DNA of 56,803 nucleotides, from contig JBDLUA010000024.1 in assembly GCA_039805545.1 (NCBI GenBank), positions 1 to 56,803 on the forward strand. The letters are read 5' to 3'. The notes beneath the pieces were generated by a model that saw only the letters and a list, made by a program, of their open reading frames with translations, was not told the origin of the DNA and did no database searches. The translations under genes were made by a program, and so were the position numbers. Below are positions 1 through 8,389 of the stretch, piece by piece (position 1 is the stretch's first letter; every line of letters begins with the position of its first letter). The DNA comes from Candidatus Parcubacteria bacterium (GTDB taxonomy: Bacteria > Patescibacteriota > Minisyncoccia > Phycocordibacterales > JAACPR01).

Positions 1-172
1 GGCCCTTCGGGCCGGCCACCACTTAATTCGCCCTTAACATACAACTTCTCCGGTGGGTACGGTGTCTGACTTAGTCTATATATAAGATGTTCATCCTCAA
101 GAGGGGTGATATTTTCCTGCATTTACGGAGTATATAAAAATTGGTATGATGCTTTTATAAAGAAATAATAAT
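1..172 (+). promoter_or_regulatory. serS 5' leader, window-truncated. The first ~70 nt are GC-rich and structured, with a weak T-box-like motif
   Basis: Small GC hairpin at 1-13. GGTGGGTACGGTG at 52-64 loosely resembles the T-box core GGUGGUACCGCG. A weak hairpin plus short T-run at 92-115 precedes the serS ATG at 173. Confidence 0.25.
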
Positions 173-1444
173 ATGTTAGACATAAAATTCATTCGGGAAA
201 ACAAAGATATTATCAAGATGGGTGCGCGGAAGAAGCATTTAAATTTTGACGTAGAAAAATTACTTGAGGTAGATGATAAACGACGTGCTCTTCTTGTAAC
301 AGTAGAAGAAAAACGAGCAAAACAAAATGAAGTAGGACAAAAGATTGCCTCCGCTTCTCCCGAAGAAAAACAAAAACTCCTTTCAGAAATGACTCTTGTA
401 AAAGCAGAGTTACAAAAAGAAGAAAATGAATTGAAAGACATTATGACTGACTGGCGAAAGCTTATGCTCGAATGTCCAAACATTCCTGATATGTCTGTAC
501 CAGAAGGTAAAGATGATACGGAGAACGTTGAAGTGCGAACATGGGGTGATGTTCCAAAATTTGATTTTACACCAAAGAGTCATATTGAATTGATGGCAGA
601 TCTTGATCTTGCAGACTTTGAGCGTGGAACAAAGATAGCAGGATTTCGAGGGTACATTCTTAAGAATGAAGCAGCTCTTCTTCAACAAGCTGTTTTGCAA
701 TACACATTCCAGCATATTGTTTCAAAAGGATTTACTCCAATGATTGTTCCATCACTCGTTAGACGAGAGACACTTATGGGTACAGGATATCTTCCACAAG
801 GAGAAGAAGATTTGTATAAGACACAAGATGACGAGTTCTTGGCTGGGACAGGAGAAGTTTCAACAATGTCATATTATAGTGATGAAATTTTGGAGAAGGC
901 ACAACTTCCAATTAAATTTATTGCATTCTCAACATGTTTCAGACGAGAGGCGGGAAGTCACGGAAAACAAACAAAAGGTATCTATCGAGTACATGAATTT
1001 TATAAACTTGAACAAGTGGTACTTTGTGAAGCAAGTCATGAGACATCAGTAATACATCATGAAGAGCTTACAAATAATGCAGAAGAAGTTTTACAAGCGT
1101 TCAATCTTCCATATCGAGTTGTGGTGAACTGTGGAGGAGATCTTGGACTTGGGCAAGTAAAGAAGTACGATATCGAAGCATGGATTCCATCTGAGAATCG
1201 ATATGGTGAAACTCACTCGTCATCATATTTCCATGATTTCCAAACTCGAAGACTTAATATTCGATATAATGATGTAGATGGAAAAAAGAAACTCGCTCAC
1301 TCACTTAATAACACCGCGATTGCTGTACCACGAGTACTTATTCAAATTCTAGAAAACAATCAACAAGCAGATGGATCTATTGTAATTCCAGAAGTACTCA
1401 GGCCATACATGGGGGGAATTTCAAAAATAGAAAAGAAAAAATAA
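173..1444 (+). CDS. serS: seryl-tRNA synthetase
   Basis: 423-aa ORF with an N-terminal coiled-coil arm and a class II aaRS core (FRREAGSHG, GLGQVKKYDIEAW, TAIAVPR). Confidence 0.95.
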   Translation: MLDIKFIRENKDIIKMGARKKHLNFDVEKLLEVDDKRRALLVTVEEKRAKQNEVGQKIASASPEEKQKLLSEMTLVKAELQKEENELKDIMTDWRKLMLECPNIPDMSVPEGKDDTENVEVRTWGDVPKFDFTPKSHIELMADLDLADFERGTKIAGFRGYILKNEAALLQQAVLQYTFQHIVSKGFTPMIVPSLVRRETLMGTGYLPQGEEDLYKTQDDEFLAGTGEVSTMSYYSDEILEKAQLPIKFIAFSTCFRREAGSHGKQTKGIYRVHEFYKLEQVVLCEASHETSVIHHEELTNNAEEVLQAFNLPYRVVVNCGGDLGLGQVKKYDIEAWIPSENRYGETHSSSYFHDFQTRRLNIRYNDVDGKKKLAHSLNNTAIAVPRVLIQILENNQQADGSIVIPEVLRPYMGGISKIEKKK

Positions 1445-1445
1445 T

Positions 1446-2258
1446 ATGTCGAATCAGAGATATATATCAGATTCACTCAGAAAGAAAAAAAAGAAAGTTA
1501 AAAAAATAAAAATATATCTTTGGGCTATTTTCTCCTTTTTATGCATAGTCAGTTTTTTGTATGTACTTACTATTCCTGCTTTTCAAATACAAGAAGTGAA
1601 GGTGACAGGAACAATGTTTGTTGATAAAAGTGAAATAGAGCAAAAAACAAATACTTTATTGGATAGGAAGTTTCTGGGTTTTATCCCAAATAGAAATATA
1701 TTTTTATTTTCAAAACATGAACTCGAAGAATTGCTTAAACAAAACCCAGCAATTATTTCTGCAAAGATAAGAAAGGATTTTTTTCATATTCTTACGATAG
1801 ATGTTAAAGAACATGAAAAGGAAATGATTTATTGTACTACTCTAGAAAAAACAGAATGTTTTTATCTTAATAAAGATGGGTTTGTGTATGCACCTGTAAA
1901 AGGGTTTATTATTCCTGAACAAGAAATAATTATTTATAATGAAAAAGAAGTAAAGAAACTACAAGATACATTTATTCAAAAGGAAGTGTATGTTGATATT
2001 TCTCTTTTTGTAAAAAATCTTGCTCGACAAGAAATAAAAATAAAAGAAGTTTATATTAAAGCAGATTCAACTGTTGAGTTTGTATCTTGGGAGAATACTC
2101 GGTTTATAACTTCAATTTTTGACGAATACAAAAAAGACTTTGCGAATCTTATCGCATTGTTTGAAAAACAAGCAATTACGAAAGAGCAGCTTCAAAATAT
2201 CGAGTATATTGATCTGCGTTTTGGGAATAAAGTATTCTATAAAAATAAAACAAACTGA
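1446..2258 (+). CDS. ftsQ: FtsQ-like cell-division protein (TM anchor + POTRA)
   Basis: N-terminal K-rich tail and one TM, then the POTRA-like segment IQEVKVTGTMFVDKSEIEQ. Start lies 2 nt after the serS stop. Confidence 0.5.
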   Translation: MSNQRYISDSLRKKKKKVKKIKIYLWAIFSFLCIVSFLYVLTIPAFQIQEVKVTGTMFVDKSEIEQKTNTLLDRKFLGFIPNRNIFLFSKHELEELLKQNPAIISAKIRKDFFHILTIDVKEHEKEMIYCTTLEKTECFYLNKDGFVYAPVKGFIIPEQEIIIYNEKEVKKLQDTFIQKEVYVDISLFVKNLARQEIKIKEVYIKADSTVEFVSWENTRFITSIFDEYKKDFANLIALFEKQAITKEQLQNIEYIDLRFGNKVFYKNKTN

Positions 2259-2272
2259 TATACTAGGTATAT

Positions 2273-2674
2273 ATGAAGTTTTTTATGATTGGGCCATATT
2301 ATCTCAATTGGCATTATACTCAAGGGCTACTAGAGCTTATAAAAAATCTTTGGAACTTTATTGTCTTTGAATTTCATTTTTTTTCTGTAAAAGATCTTTT
2401 ACTCACTCTTCTATCTCCATTTCAAAGACTAAAAGAAGACTATGGAAATAATGCAATAGATTTTCAAAAGATACTTTCGGCACTTGTTGTAAATATCATT
2501 ATGAGAATAGTCGGTTTTTTTGTTCGGAGTTTTATTCTTATTTGTGCTCTTATTTCTATAGTCTTATCATTTTTATTATTTCCAATTATTATAATTGGCT
2601 GGATAATTTTACCTTTCATTATTGTAATATTGCTCACTGGATCTGTTTGGGCATATCTAAAATATCGAATATAA
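2273..2674 (+). CDS. small integral membrane protein, unknown function
   Basis: 133-aa ORF with hydrophobic C-terminal helices, tightly packed in the operon. Confidence 0.45.
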   Translation: MKFFMIGPYYLNWHYTQGLLELIKNLWNFIVFEFHFFSVKDLLLTLLSPFQRLKEDYGNNAIDFQKILSALVVNIIMRIVGFFVRSFILICALISIVLSFLLFPIIIIGWIILPFIIVILLTGSVWAYLKYRI

Positions 2675-2678
2675 ATAT

Positions 2679-5081
2679 ATGAATTATCACAAAATACAAG
2701 AATATAGATCAGATATATATCCTGCACTTGTGCTTGACCAAGTATTTCCAATAAAATTTAGAAAACTGTTTAGAAAATTTATTTTTGTGCTTACAGGTTT
2801 TATGCTTATTGCATTGTTACTTCCTGTTTATTTTTTTGAGCAACACACATACCTTCTGCGCTCAATTTTGGTTTTTGGAATATGTGTATATATAATCTTT
2901 GTTTTATTTGAAATAATGTATCGTTCGTATTATTTTGAAAAAAACAGAGTAGACATACGAGTGCTTCGAATATTAAATTCAAAAAATAAAAACGAAGATC
3001 TTACAGCTGTATTTTTGCAACATGAACTTGGGCAATATGTAATGTATCGATTAGGGTTTAGTCAAAAAGAGGTTATTGATTTTATAAAAACAAAAACAGA
3101 TATCGTTACAAAGAATGAATTTGAAATAATTGAAAATGATGACAAAGAAGTTTCTTTTGCTGAATTTGGATATTCGCTTGCACACTTTGATACAGATTTG
3201 TCTCAGTTATTTAGAAAAAATGGAATTACTGTTGCCGACTTTAAGCAAACACTTGAGTGGGTTGCAAGAATGGATCAATCTATTAAAGAGTCAGAAAGAT
3301 GGTGGACAAAAGATAACCTAATGAAAATACCAAGTATTGGAAAAAATCTTTCTTTTGGGCAAGTATTTCGATTAGAATCACTCGGGCATCTTATATATAG
3401 GGATACTTCATATATACAATTAGGAGACAAATGGAGAATCTATCAAAATGCAGTAAATAAGATGGAGGCAGTGTTATCAAAAAATGTTGGAGGAAATATA
3501 TTACTTACTGCACACGAATCGTACCTTACTGCAGATGCAATCGCTTCTCTTGCAAAAGAAATTCAACAAGGGACAGTTCTTTCTTCGATCGAAAATAAAA
3601 GAATTTATATTTTGGATGCAAATACACTTATTTCTACATATGATGAAAAAGCAGAATTTCAAGCGGCACTACAAGATGTGCTTAATGAAGCATCATATGC
3701 AGGAAACGTAATTTTAGTTTTACCTAATTTTGCTGATTTTGTAGAAAGCGCTCATTCGCTTGAGGTTGATGTAAAAGATGTAATTCAGGAGGCGCTCCAA
3801 TCATCAAAACTACAAATTATTGCAACATCAGCTGAAAGATCTTTCCATGAAGTTCTTGAAACCGACTTAGATTTTATGACTCAATTTGAAAAGATTCACC
3901 TTGATGAATTTGACGAATATCAAGCAATCTCAATTTTGCAACATGAAATTTTGTATGCAGAACATAAAGAGGGTGTATTCTTTACATTTCAAGCGGTAAA
4001 GAGAATTGTCGAAAGTGCAGATAGATATTTTGCAGATACTTCATTGCTCGATAAAAGTATTGATATTTTGTATGAAGTGATTCCTCTGGTAAAACAAGAA
4101 GGACTTTCGATTATTACACAAGATCACGTAGACAAACTTGTAACTTCAAAGACAGGTATTACTCTTGGAAAGATTTCAAAAGATGAATCAGATAAACTTT
4201 CTCATATTAAAGAGCAAATGAAACAAAGGGTAGTGGGGCAAGATAATGCAATAGATGCTGTGTGTGATGCAATGCTCAGAGCACGAGCGGGACTTGCAAA
4301 TCCAAAGCGTCCTCTCGCATCGTTCTTATTTGTAGGTCCAACTGGAGTTGGTAAGACAGAGACAGCAAAGGCACTTGCAACAATCTTTTTTATGGATGAG
4401 GACAATATGCTTCGAAGTGATATGTCTGAGTACTCAGATGAAGGTGCACTTACACGAATGATCGGAGATAGTGGTCATGTCGGAATCTTTGCTTCAAAAA
4501 TTAGAGAAAAGGGTCATGGGGTACTATTACTTGATGAGTTCGAGAAAGCATCTCGAGAGATACATGATCTTTTCTTGCAAATTATTGACGAAGGATTCTT
4601 TACAGACGGAAGAGGAGAAAAAGTTACGATGAGAAATTTTATTATCATTGCAACAAGTAATGCAGGAAGTGATTTGTTTGTTCAAAAGTTAGGAGAAGAA
4701 CTTACTCGCCAAGAGGTTGTAGATTTTATAATTTCAAAACACACACTCAGAACAGAATTAATAAACCGTTTTGATGATGTAATAGTGTACCAGCCGCTTT
4801 CAAAAGATACGCTCTCACATGTTGCACATATCGCAGTAAATAAACTTATTGATAGATTGGATAAGAGAGGTATTACCCTTAAAGAAAGCAGTGCTCTTAT
4901 AGAATATCTTATTAAAGTAGGGGCAAATCCAACCTTTGGAGCACGAGAAATTAATCGTGTAATTACAAAACAATTAGAGTCAAAGATTGCTCAAGCTCTT
5001 ATATTGGGAGATTTGTTTGAAGGTGATACAATTGCTTTTACTGTTTCGGGTGATGAACTTGAAATCCAAAAATACACATGA
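2679..5081 (+). CDS. membrane-anchored Clp/Hsp100-like AAA+ ATPase with degenerate first nucleotide-binding domain
   Basis: N-terminal TM helices. The NBD1-like region aligns to ClpA/B but lacks Walker A/B (TAHESYLTA, ILVLPN). NBD2 is intact (GPTGVGKTE, LLLDEFEKA, ClpB_D2-small tail). Confidence 0.8.
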   Translation: MNYHKIQEYRSDIYPALVLDQVFPIKFRKLFRKFIFVLTGFMLIALLLPVYFFEQHTYLLRSILVFGICVYIIFVLFEIMYRSYYFEKNRVDIRVLRILNSKNKNEDLTAVFLQHELGQYVMYRLGFSQKEVIDFIKTKTDIVTKNEFEIIENDDKEVSFAEFGYSLAHFDTDLSQLFRKNGITVADFKQTLEWVARMDQSIKESERWWTKDNLMKIPSIGKNLSFGQVFRLESLGHLIYRDTSYIQLGDKWRIYQNAVNKMEAVLSKNVGGNILLTAHESYLTADAIASLAKEIQQGTVLSSIENKRIYILDANTLISTYDEKAEFQAALQDVLNEASYAGNVILVLPNFADFVESAHSLEVDVKDVIQEALQSSKLQIIATSAERSFHEVLETDLDFMTQFEKIHLDEFDEYQAISILQHEILYAEHKEGVFFTFQAVKRIVESADRYFADTSLLDKSIDILYEVIPLVKQEGLSIITQDHVDKLVTSKTGITLGKISKDESDKLSHIKEQMKQRVVGQDNAIDAVCDAMLRARAGLANPKRPLASFLFVGPTGVGKTETAKALATIFFMDEDNMLRSDMSEYSDEGALTRMIGDSGHVGIFASKIREKGHGVLLLDEFEKASREIHDLFLQIIDEGFFTDGRGEKVTMRNFIIIATSNAGSDLFVQKLGEELTRQEVVDFIISKHTLRTELINRFDDVIVYQPLSKDTLSHVAHIAVNKLIDRLDKRGITLKESSALIEYLIKVGANPTFGAREINRVITKQLESKIAQALILGDLFEGDTIAFTVSGDELEIQKYT

Positions 5082-6061
5082 TTAGAAAGATAATCTCGGC
5101 TAGTATATTTATTCTTGCAATAGGCTGTGGAATTGCGACAGGGTACGGCGTTACGCTTGCTTCAAAGTACGCTTTTAAAAATGCATATGCATATGTTTCT
5201 GAACTTAGAACAAATCTTGTATTTGAAAAAAGAGAAGAAATAGCACAGGGGGGTCCAGAGGCGATAGTTGTTGAAAGTGATTTTAATGAAACTATAAGTC
5301 AGTACTCAAAAAATTTTGAGATAAAGAAGAACAAAAAAGCTCCTAGGATTTCTTCATTAAGTTATCTCGTTGCAGATCTTGACACTGGTAAGGTTTTTCT
5401 TTCGCAAAATATCAATCAACAATTACCAATCGCATCTGTTACAAAACTTATGACTGCTGTTGTCGCAGACGAAACGCTTGGACTTGATACTAAGACCACA
5501 ATAACAAGTAATGCAATTAATACATACGGAACTCAAGGAGAATTAAAGAAAGGAGAAACATATCTCGTGAAGGAATTATTTTATCCGCTCTTGCTTGAAT
5601 CAAGTAATGATGCAGCGGAGGCACTTGCAATGACTAAGAATAGAAGTACATTTATCTCTGATATGAATGGAAAAGCAAAATCAATTGGTCTTCTTAATAC
5701 TACATATGAAGATGCGAGTGGACTTTCTCCAAATAATAAATCAACCGTAACTGATTTATTTAGACTCACACAATATATTTCAAAATATCGAAACTATCTT
5801 TTTGAAATCTCAACAGAAAAAAAGATTGAGCTCGGTAAAAAAGTTTGGTTCAGTAATTCTCGATTTAGAAGTGATACAAGTTATGTAGGGGGGAAGAATG
5901 GATATACGGATGAGGCTCTTAAAACTCAAGTTGTGATGTTTGATGAAGACTTTAATGGAGAAAAAAGAACAATCGTATATATTGTGCTTCGAAGTACTGA
6001 TGTAGCATATGATATCAAGATGCTACGGGATTATGTACATAAGAATGTGGAATATAAGTGA
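5078..6061 (+). CDS. D-alanyl-D-alanine carboxypeptidase (peptidase S11)
   Basis: Signal/TM anchor plus the SxxK (SVTKLM), SxN (SSNDAA) and KTG-like (GKNGYT) motifs. Overlaps the upstream stop by 4 nt. Confidence 0.8.
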   Translation: MIRKIISASIFILAIGCGIATGYGVTLASKYAFKNAYAYVSELRTNLVFEKREEIAQGGPEAIVVESDFNETISQYSKNFEIKKNKKAPRISSLSYLVADLDTGKVFLSQNINQQLPIASVTKLMTAVVADETLGLDTKTTITSNAINTYGTQGELKKGETYLVKELFYPLLLESSNDAAEALAMTKNRSTFISDMNGKAKSIGLLNTTYEDASGLSPNNKSTVTDLFRLTQYISKYRNYLFEISTEKKIELGKKVWFSNSRFRSDTSYVGGKNGYTDEALKTQVVMFDEDFNGEKRTIVYIVLRSTDVAYDIKMLRDYVHKNVEYK

Positions 6062-6080
6062 TGAAATAAGGAGTTATTAG

Positions 6081-6224
6081 CACGTCATCCTCGCGAAGGC
6101 GAGGATCCAGAAGTAGGGACTTGAAATTGGAATATTCATAATGCAACGAAGAATAGTTATTGTTCTCTGAATATTTTTAAATAATGTATGTGATCTTGAA
6201 TCCTCGCCTTCGCGAGGATGACGT
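6081..6224. repeat. MITE-like unit: two inverted copies of a ~28-bp hairpin-forming palindromic element flanking ~86 bp
   Basis: cacgtcatcctcgcgaaggcgaggatccag at 6081-6110. Its reverse complement, with 1 mismatch, lies at 6197-6224. Each copy can fold as atcctcgc-gaag-gcgaggat. Confidence 0.7.
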
Positions 6225-6299
6225 AGTTGAGAGCGAGGATGACATGGTTGAGATTAGGGATGACATGCTAAGATTGTATGGTAACATGCTTAAAATATG
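6214..6299 (+). repeat. four progressively degenerating ~21-bp tandem repeats running into the dus start codon
   Basis: Units are gaggatgacgtagttgagagc, gaggatgacatggttgagatta, gggatgacatgctaagattgta and tggtaacatgcttaaaatatg. The first unit overlaps the palindromic element arm. Confidence 0.6.
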
Positions 6300-7355
6300 A
6301 ATTTTATAAAAAGACTATTTGTAAAAGAAAAAGTAAGTCTTGGGTTTTGGGCAAGGTTGCCTAAGCCTATTATTGTGCTTGCCCCAATGGCAGATGTGAC
6401 TGATGTTTCATTTAGACAAATGTTTGCAAAGTATGGTAAACCAGATGTGACATGGACAGAGTTTGTATCTGCTGATGGTCTTTGTCTTGCGCCTAAGACT
6501 AATGTTGATGAGAGTGGAATGTCGGGACATGACAAACTTTGGAGAGATTTGCTTTATTTTGAAAATGAAAGACCTATCGTCGCACAACTTTTTTCTGGAA
6601 ATCCAAAATATATGGAGGAAGCTGCATATCAAGTGACAAAAATTGGGTTTGATGGAATTGATATTAATATGGGTTGTCCTGATAAAGCGATTCAAAGACA
6701 AAAGGCTGGATCATTTTTAATAAAAGAACCTAAACGAGCGACTCTTATCATTGAAGCAGTGAAGAAGGGAATTAATCGAGCAAGTAAAGATATGAAAAAA
6801 GAACCAATTCCAGTATCAGTAAAGACACGACTTGGATTTAATACAGATGTAATGGAAGAATGGATAACACATATTCTTAAATCAAAACCCGCAGTGCTTA
6901 CGATTCATGCTCGAACACGAAAAGAAATGTCTAAAGTTCCTGCACGATGGAATCGAATTAAAGACGCAGTAGAACTTCGAAACAAATTAAAATCAGAAAC
7001 ACTTATTTTTGGAAATGGCGATGTGACAAGTCTTAGTGATGCAAAACAAAAAGCACAAGAAACTGGATGTGATGGGATTATGGTCGGCAGAGGAATATTC
7101 GGTAATCCTTGGTTTTTTGATGAAAAGAGTGAGGGAGGTGAAACAATTTCTCTTGAAGAAAAATTACGTGCACTTGTAGAGCATACCTATCTTTTTGAAA
7201 AGCATCTTTCATATAAAAACTTTGCACTTATGAAAAAACACTACAAGGCATACATTCATGGATTTGAACATGCAAAGGAATTACGAGCAGATTTAATGGA
7301 GGCTAACTCAGGCAGGGAAGTTGAGGGTATAATCGAGGCTTTTTTGGGGAAATAA
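6297..7355 (+). CDS. dus: tRNA-dihydrouridine synthase
   Basis: 352 aa with Dus family motifs (APMADVTDVSFRQ, GIDINMGCP, HARTR, GNGD). Confidence 0.9.
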   Translation: MNFIKRLFVKEKVSLGFWARLPKPIIVLAPMADVTDVSFRQMFAKYGKPDVTWTEFVSADGLCLAPKTNVDESGMSGHDKLWRDLLYFENERPIVAQLFSGNPKYMEEAAYQVTKIGFDGIDINMGCPDKAIQRQKAGSFLIKEPKRATLIIEAVKKGINRASKDMKKEPIPVSVKTRLGFNTDVMEEWITHILKSKPAVLTIHARTRKEMSKVPARWNRIKDAVELRNKLKSETLIFGNGDVTSLSDAKQKAQETGCDGIMVGRGIFGNPWFFDEKSEGGETISLEEKLRALVEHTYLFEKHLSYKNFALMKKHYKAYIHGFEHAKELRADLMEANSGREVEGIIEAFLGK

Positions 7356-7362
7356 AAAGTAC

Positions 7363-7391
7363 TTGACAATATTTTAATAGTATGCTATCTT
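7363..7391 (+). promoter_or_regulatory. sigma70-like promoter for candidate RNA A
   Basis: TTGACA (7363-7368), 17 nt spacer, TATCTT (7386-7391). Confidence 0.45.
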
Positions 7392-7394
7392 TAT

Positions 7395-7775
7395 ACAAGT
7401 AAAGATCTTCCAGCCAGACCTGAAGGTTTGTCGTAGGCCGTCCCGAAAAACCCATGCCTCCAAACCTTCAGGTCGAATTTCCCCCGGAAAAAGTGAGACG
7501 GGACACAGCTAGAAAGGCAAGTTCCCCCCCCTATGACCAGCCTTCCGCTGCGTCCCGTCTCCAACTTTCTTCCCCCGTTCCCCCCGGAACAAAAGGCGTT
7601 GAGTGCGACAGTTGTCAGGGTTAAGATTAAGAATCTTCCCGAAAAGCTGTTCACCACCATCCCCCCCGACTTATACTGCTTTTGCAGCTGTCGTGCTCCG
7701 CCAACCTTTCGACTACAGGGTGTAGTCAAAAATCCCCGTGAACTCGATTCTGAGCGAGTCCGGGGGTTTTCTTTT
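7395..7775 (+). ncRNA. candidate structured RNA A (unassigned, C-tract rich)
   Basis: GC-rich in an AT-rich genome, with no credible ORF. 14-bp helix 7417-7430/7461-7474 and 10-bp helix 7495-7504/7552-7561. Terminator hairpin 7734-7765 is followed by a T-run at 7767-7779. Six C-tracts. The strand call rests on the promoter and terminator; the C over G excess is atypical. Confidence 0.45.
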
Positions 7776-7777
7776 GT

Positions 7778-7806
7778 TTGACAAATATATGGTGTCGGGT
7801 TACTAT
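7778..7806 (+). promoter_or_regulatory. sigma70-like promoter for candidate RNA B
   Basis: TTGACA (7778-7783), 17 nt spacer, TACTAT (7801-7806). Confidence 0.5.
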
Positions 7807-7812
7807 ATGCTT

Positions 7813-8030
7813 TCAAGGGTCCTTAAGGGGGCACTTAGTGCCACACATGCAACCACTCGTCTGGCATCCTTTCAAGGGACGGGATACAGATCAAATTCGG
7901 AGAGTGGATCGGGCATGTGTGGCACGCTTTGTTCTTTCTGTTGCCACAAATAGTGATGCACGAGTGTGTGTCACAAAAACCGCGTCTGTCTCGCTAATTG
8001 AGTGTGTGAGCTGACGCGGTTTTCTTTTTT
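7813..8030 (+). ncRNA. candidate structured RNA B (unassigned)
   Basis: 13-bp helix 7838-7850/7913-7925 and nested 6-bp helix 7853-7858/7902-7907. UUUCAAGGG is repeated at 7811 and 7870. Terminator stem 7979-7986/8013-8020 is followed by a T-run to 8030. Confidence 0.45.
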
Positions 8031-8035
8031 ATATA

Positions 8036-8345
8036 AAAAACTTCGCCGCATTGCCGAGTGCACGGAGCAACTCAAACAATGGGCGAAGCTGAAAGAATGA
8101 TGGGATGACGCTCATCCCTCGGGCTTTGTTACGGAGGTCTGCACCTCCTTTCCACCATCGTTTTGCAACGAGGAGGTGGCGAGAGACTGGGTTTGTGAAT
8201 GACTGTAGACGGGTTCGAATTCATGGCTAGTCTTCTTTCCACCTTGTACCCATCAATTCCCTCATGGAAGAGTTGAGGACAAGTATGTACATTCAAAAAG
8301 AAAACACATACTTGTCCTCAAACAGTTCTGTATAAAGAACTTATA
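8036..8345. ncRNA. candidate structured RNA C (strand unresolved; local RNase P-like motifs on the + strand)
   Basis: Helices: 8041-8053/8077-8088, 8102-8118, 8133-8148, and a 14-bp perfect hairpin 8275-8288/8306-8319. Minus-strand reading: promoter TTGACA(8378-8373)-16-TACAAT(8356-8351), and the 8041-8088 stem followed by a U-run (complement of 8031-8040). Plus-strand reading: GGAGCAACTCAAACAATGGG (8064-8083), GTGAATGACTGT (8195-8206) and CGAATTCATGGCTAG (8216-8230) resemble RNase P conserved regions. Confidence 0.4.
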
Positions 8346-8389
8346 TTTTAATTGTAAAACTTTGAAAGGTGATGTCAATTTTATAAAAG

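Noticed and set aside
7395-7775. tmRNA (ssrA) identity for candidate RNA A. The minus strand contains GGGGGAAAUUCGAC, reminiscent of the tmRNA 5' end
   Set aside because: The spacing between GGGG and UUCGAC is too short. I found no T-arm/ACCA 3' end and no plausible tag ORF ending in a typical ...AA stop. The promoter and terminator signals favour the other strand. The identity is left open for cmsearch.
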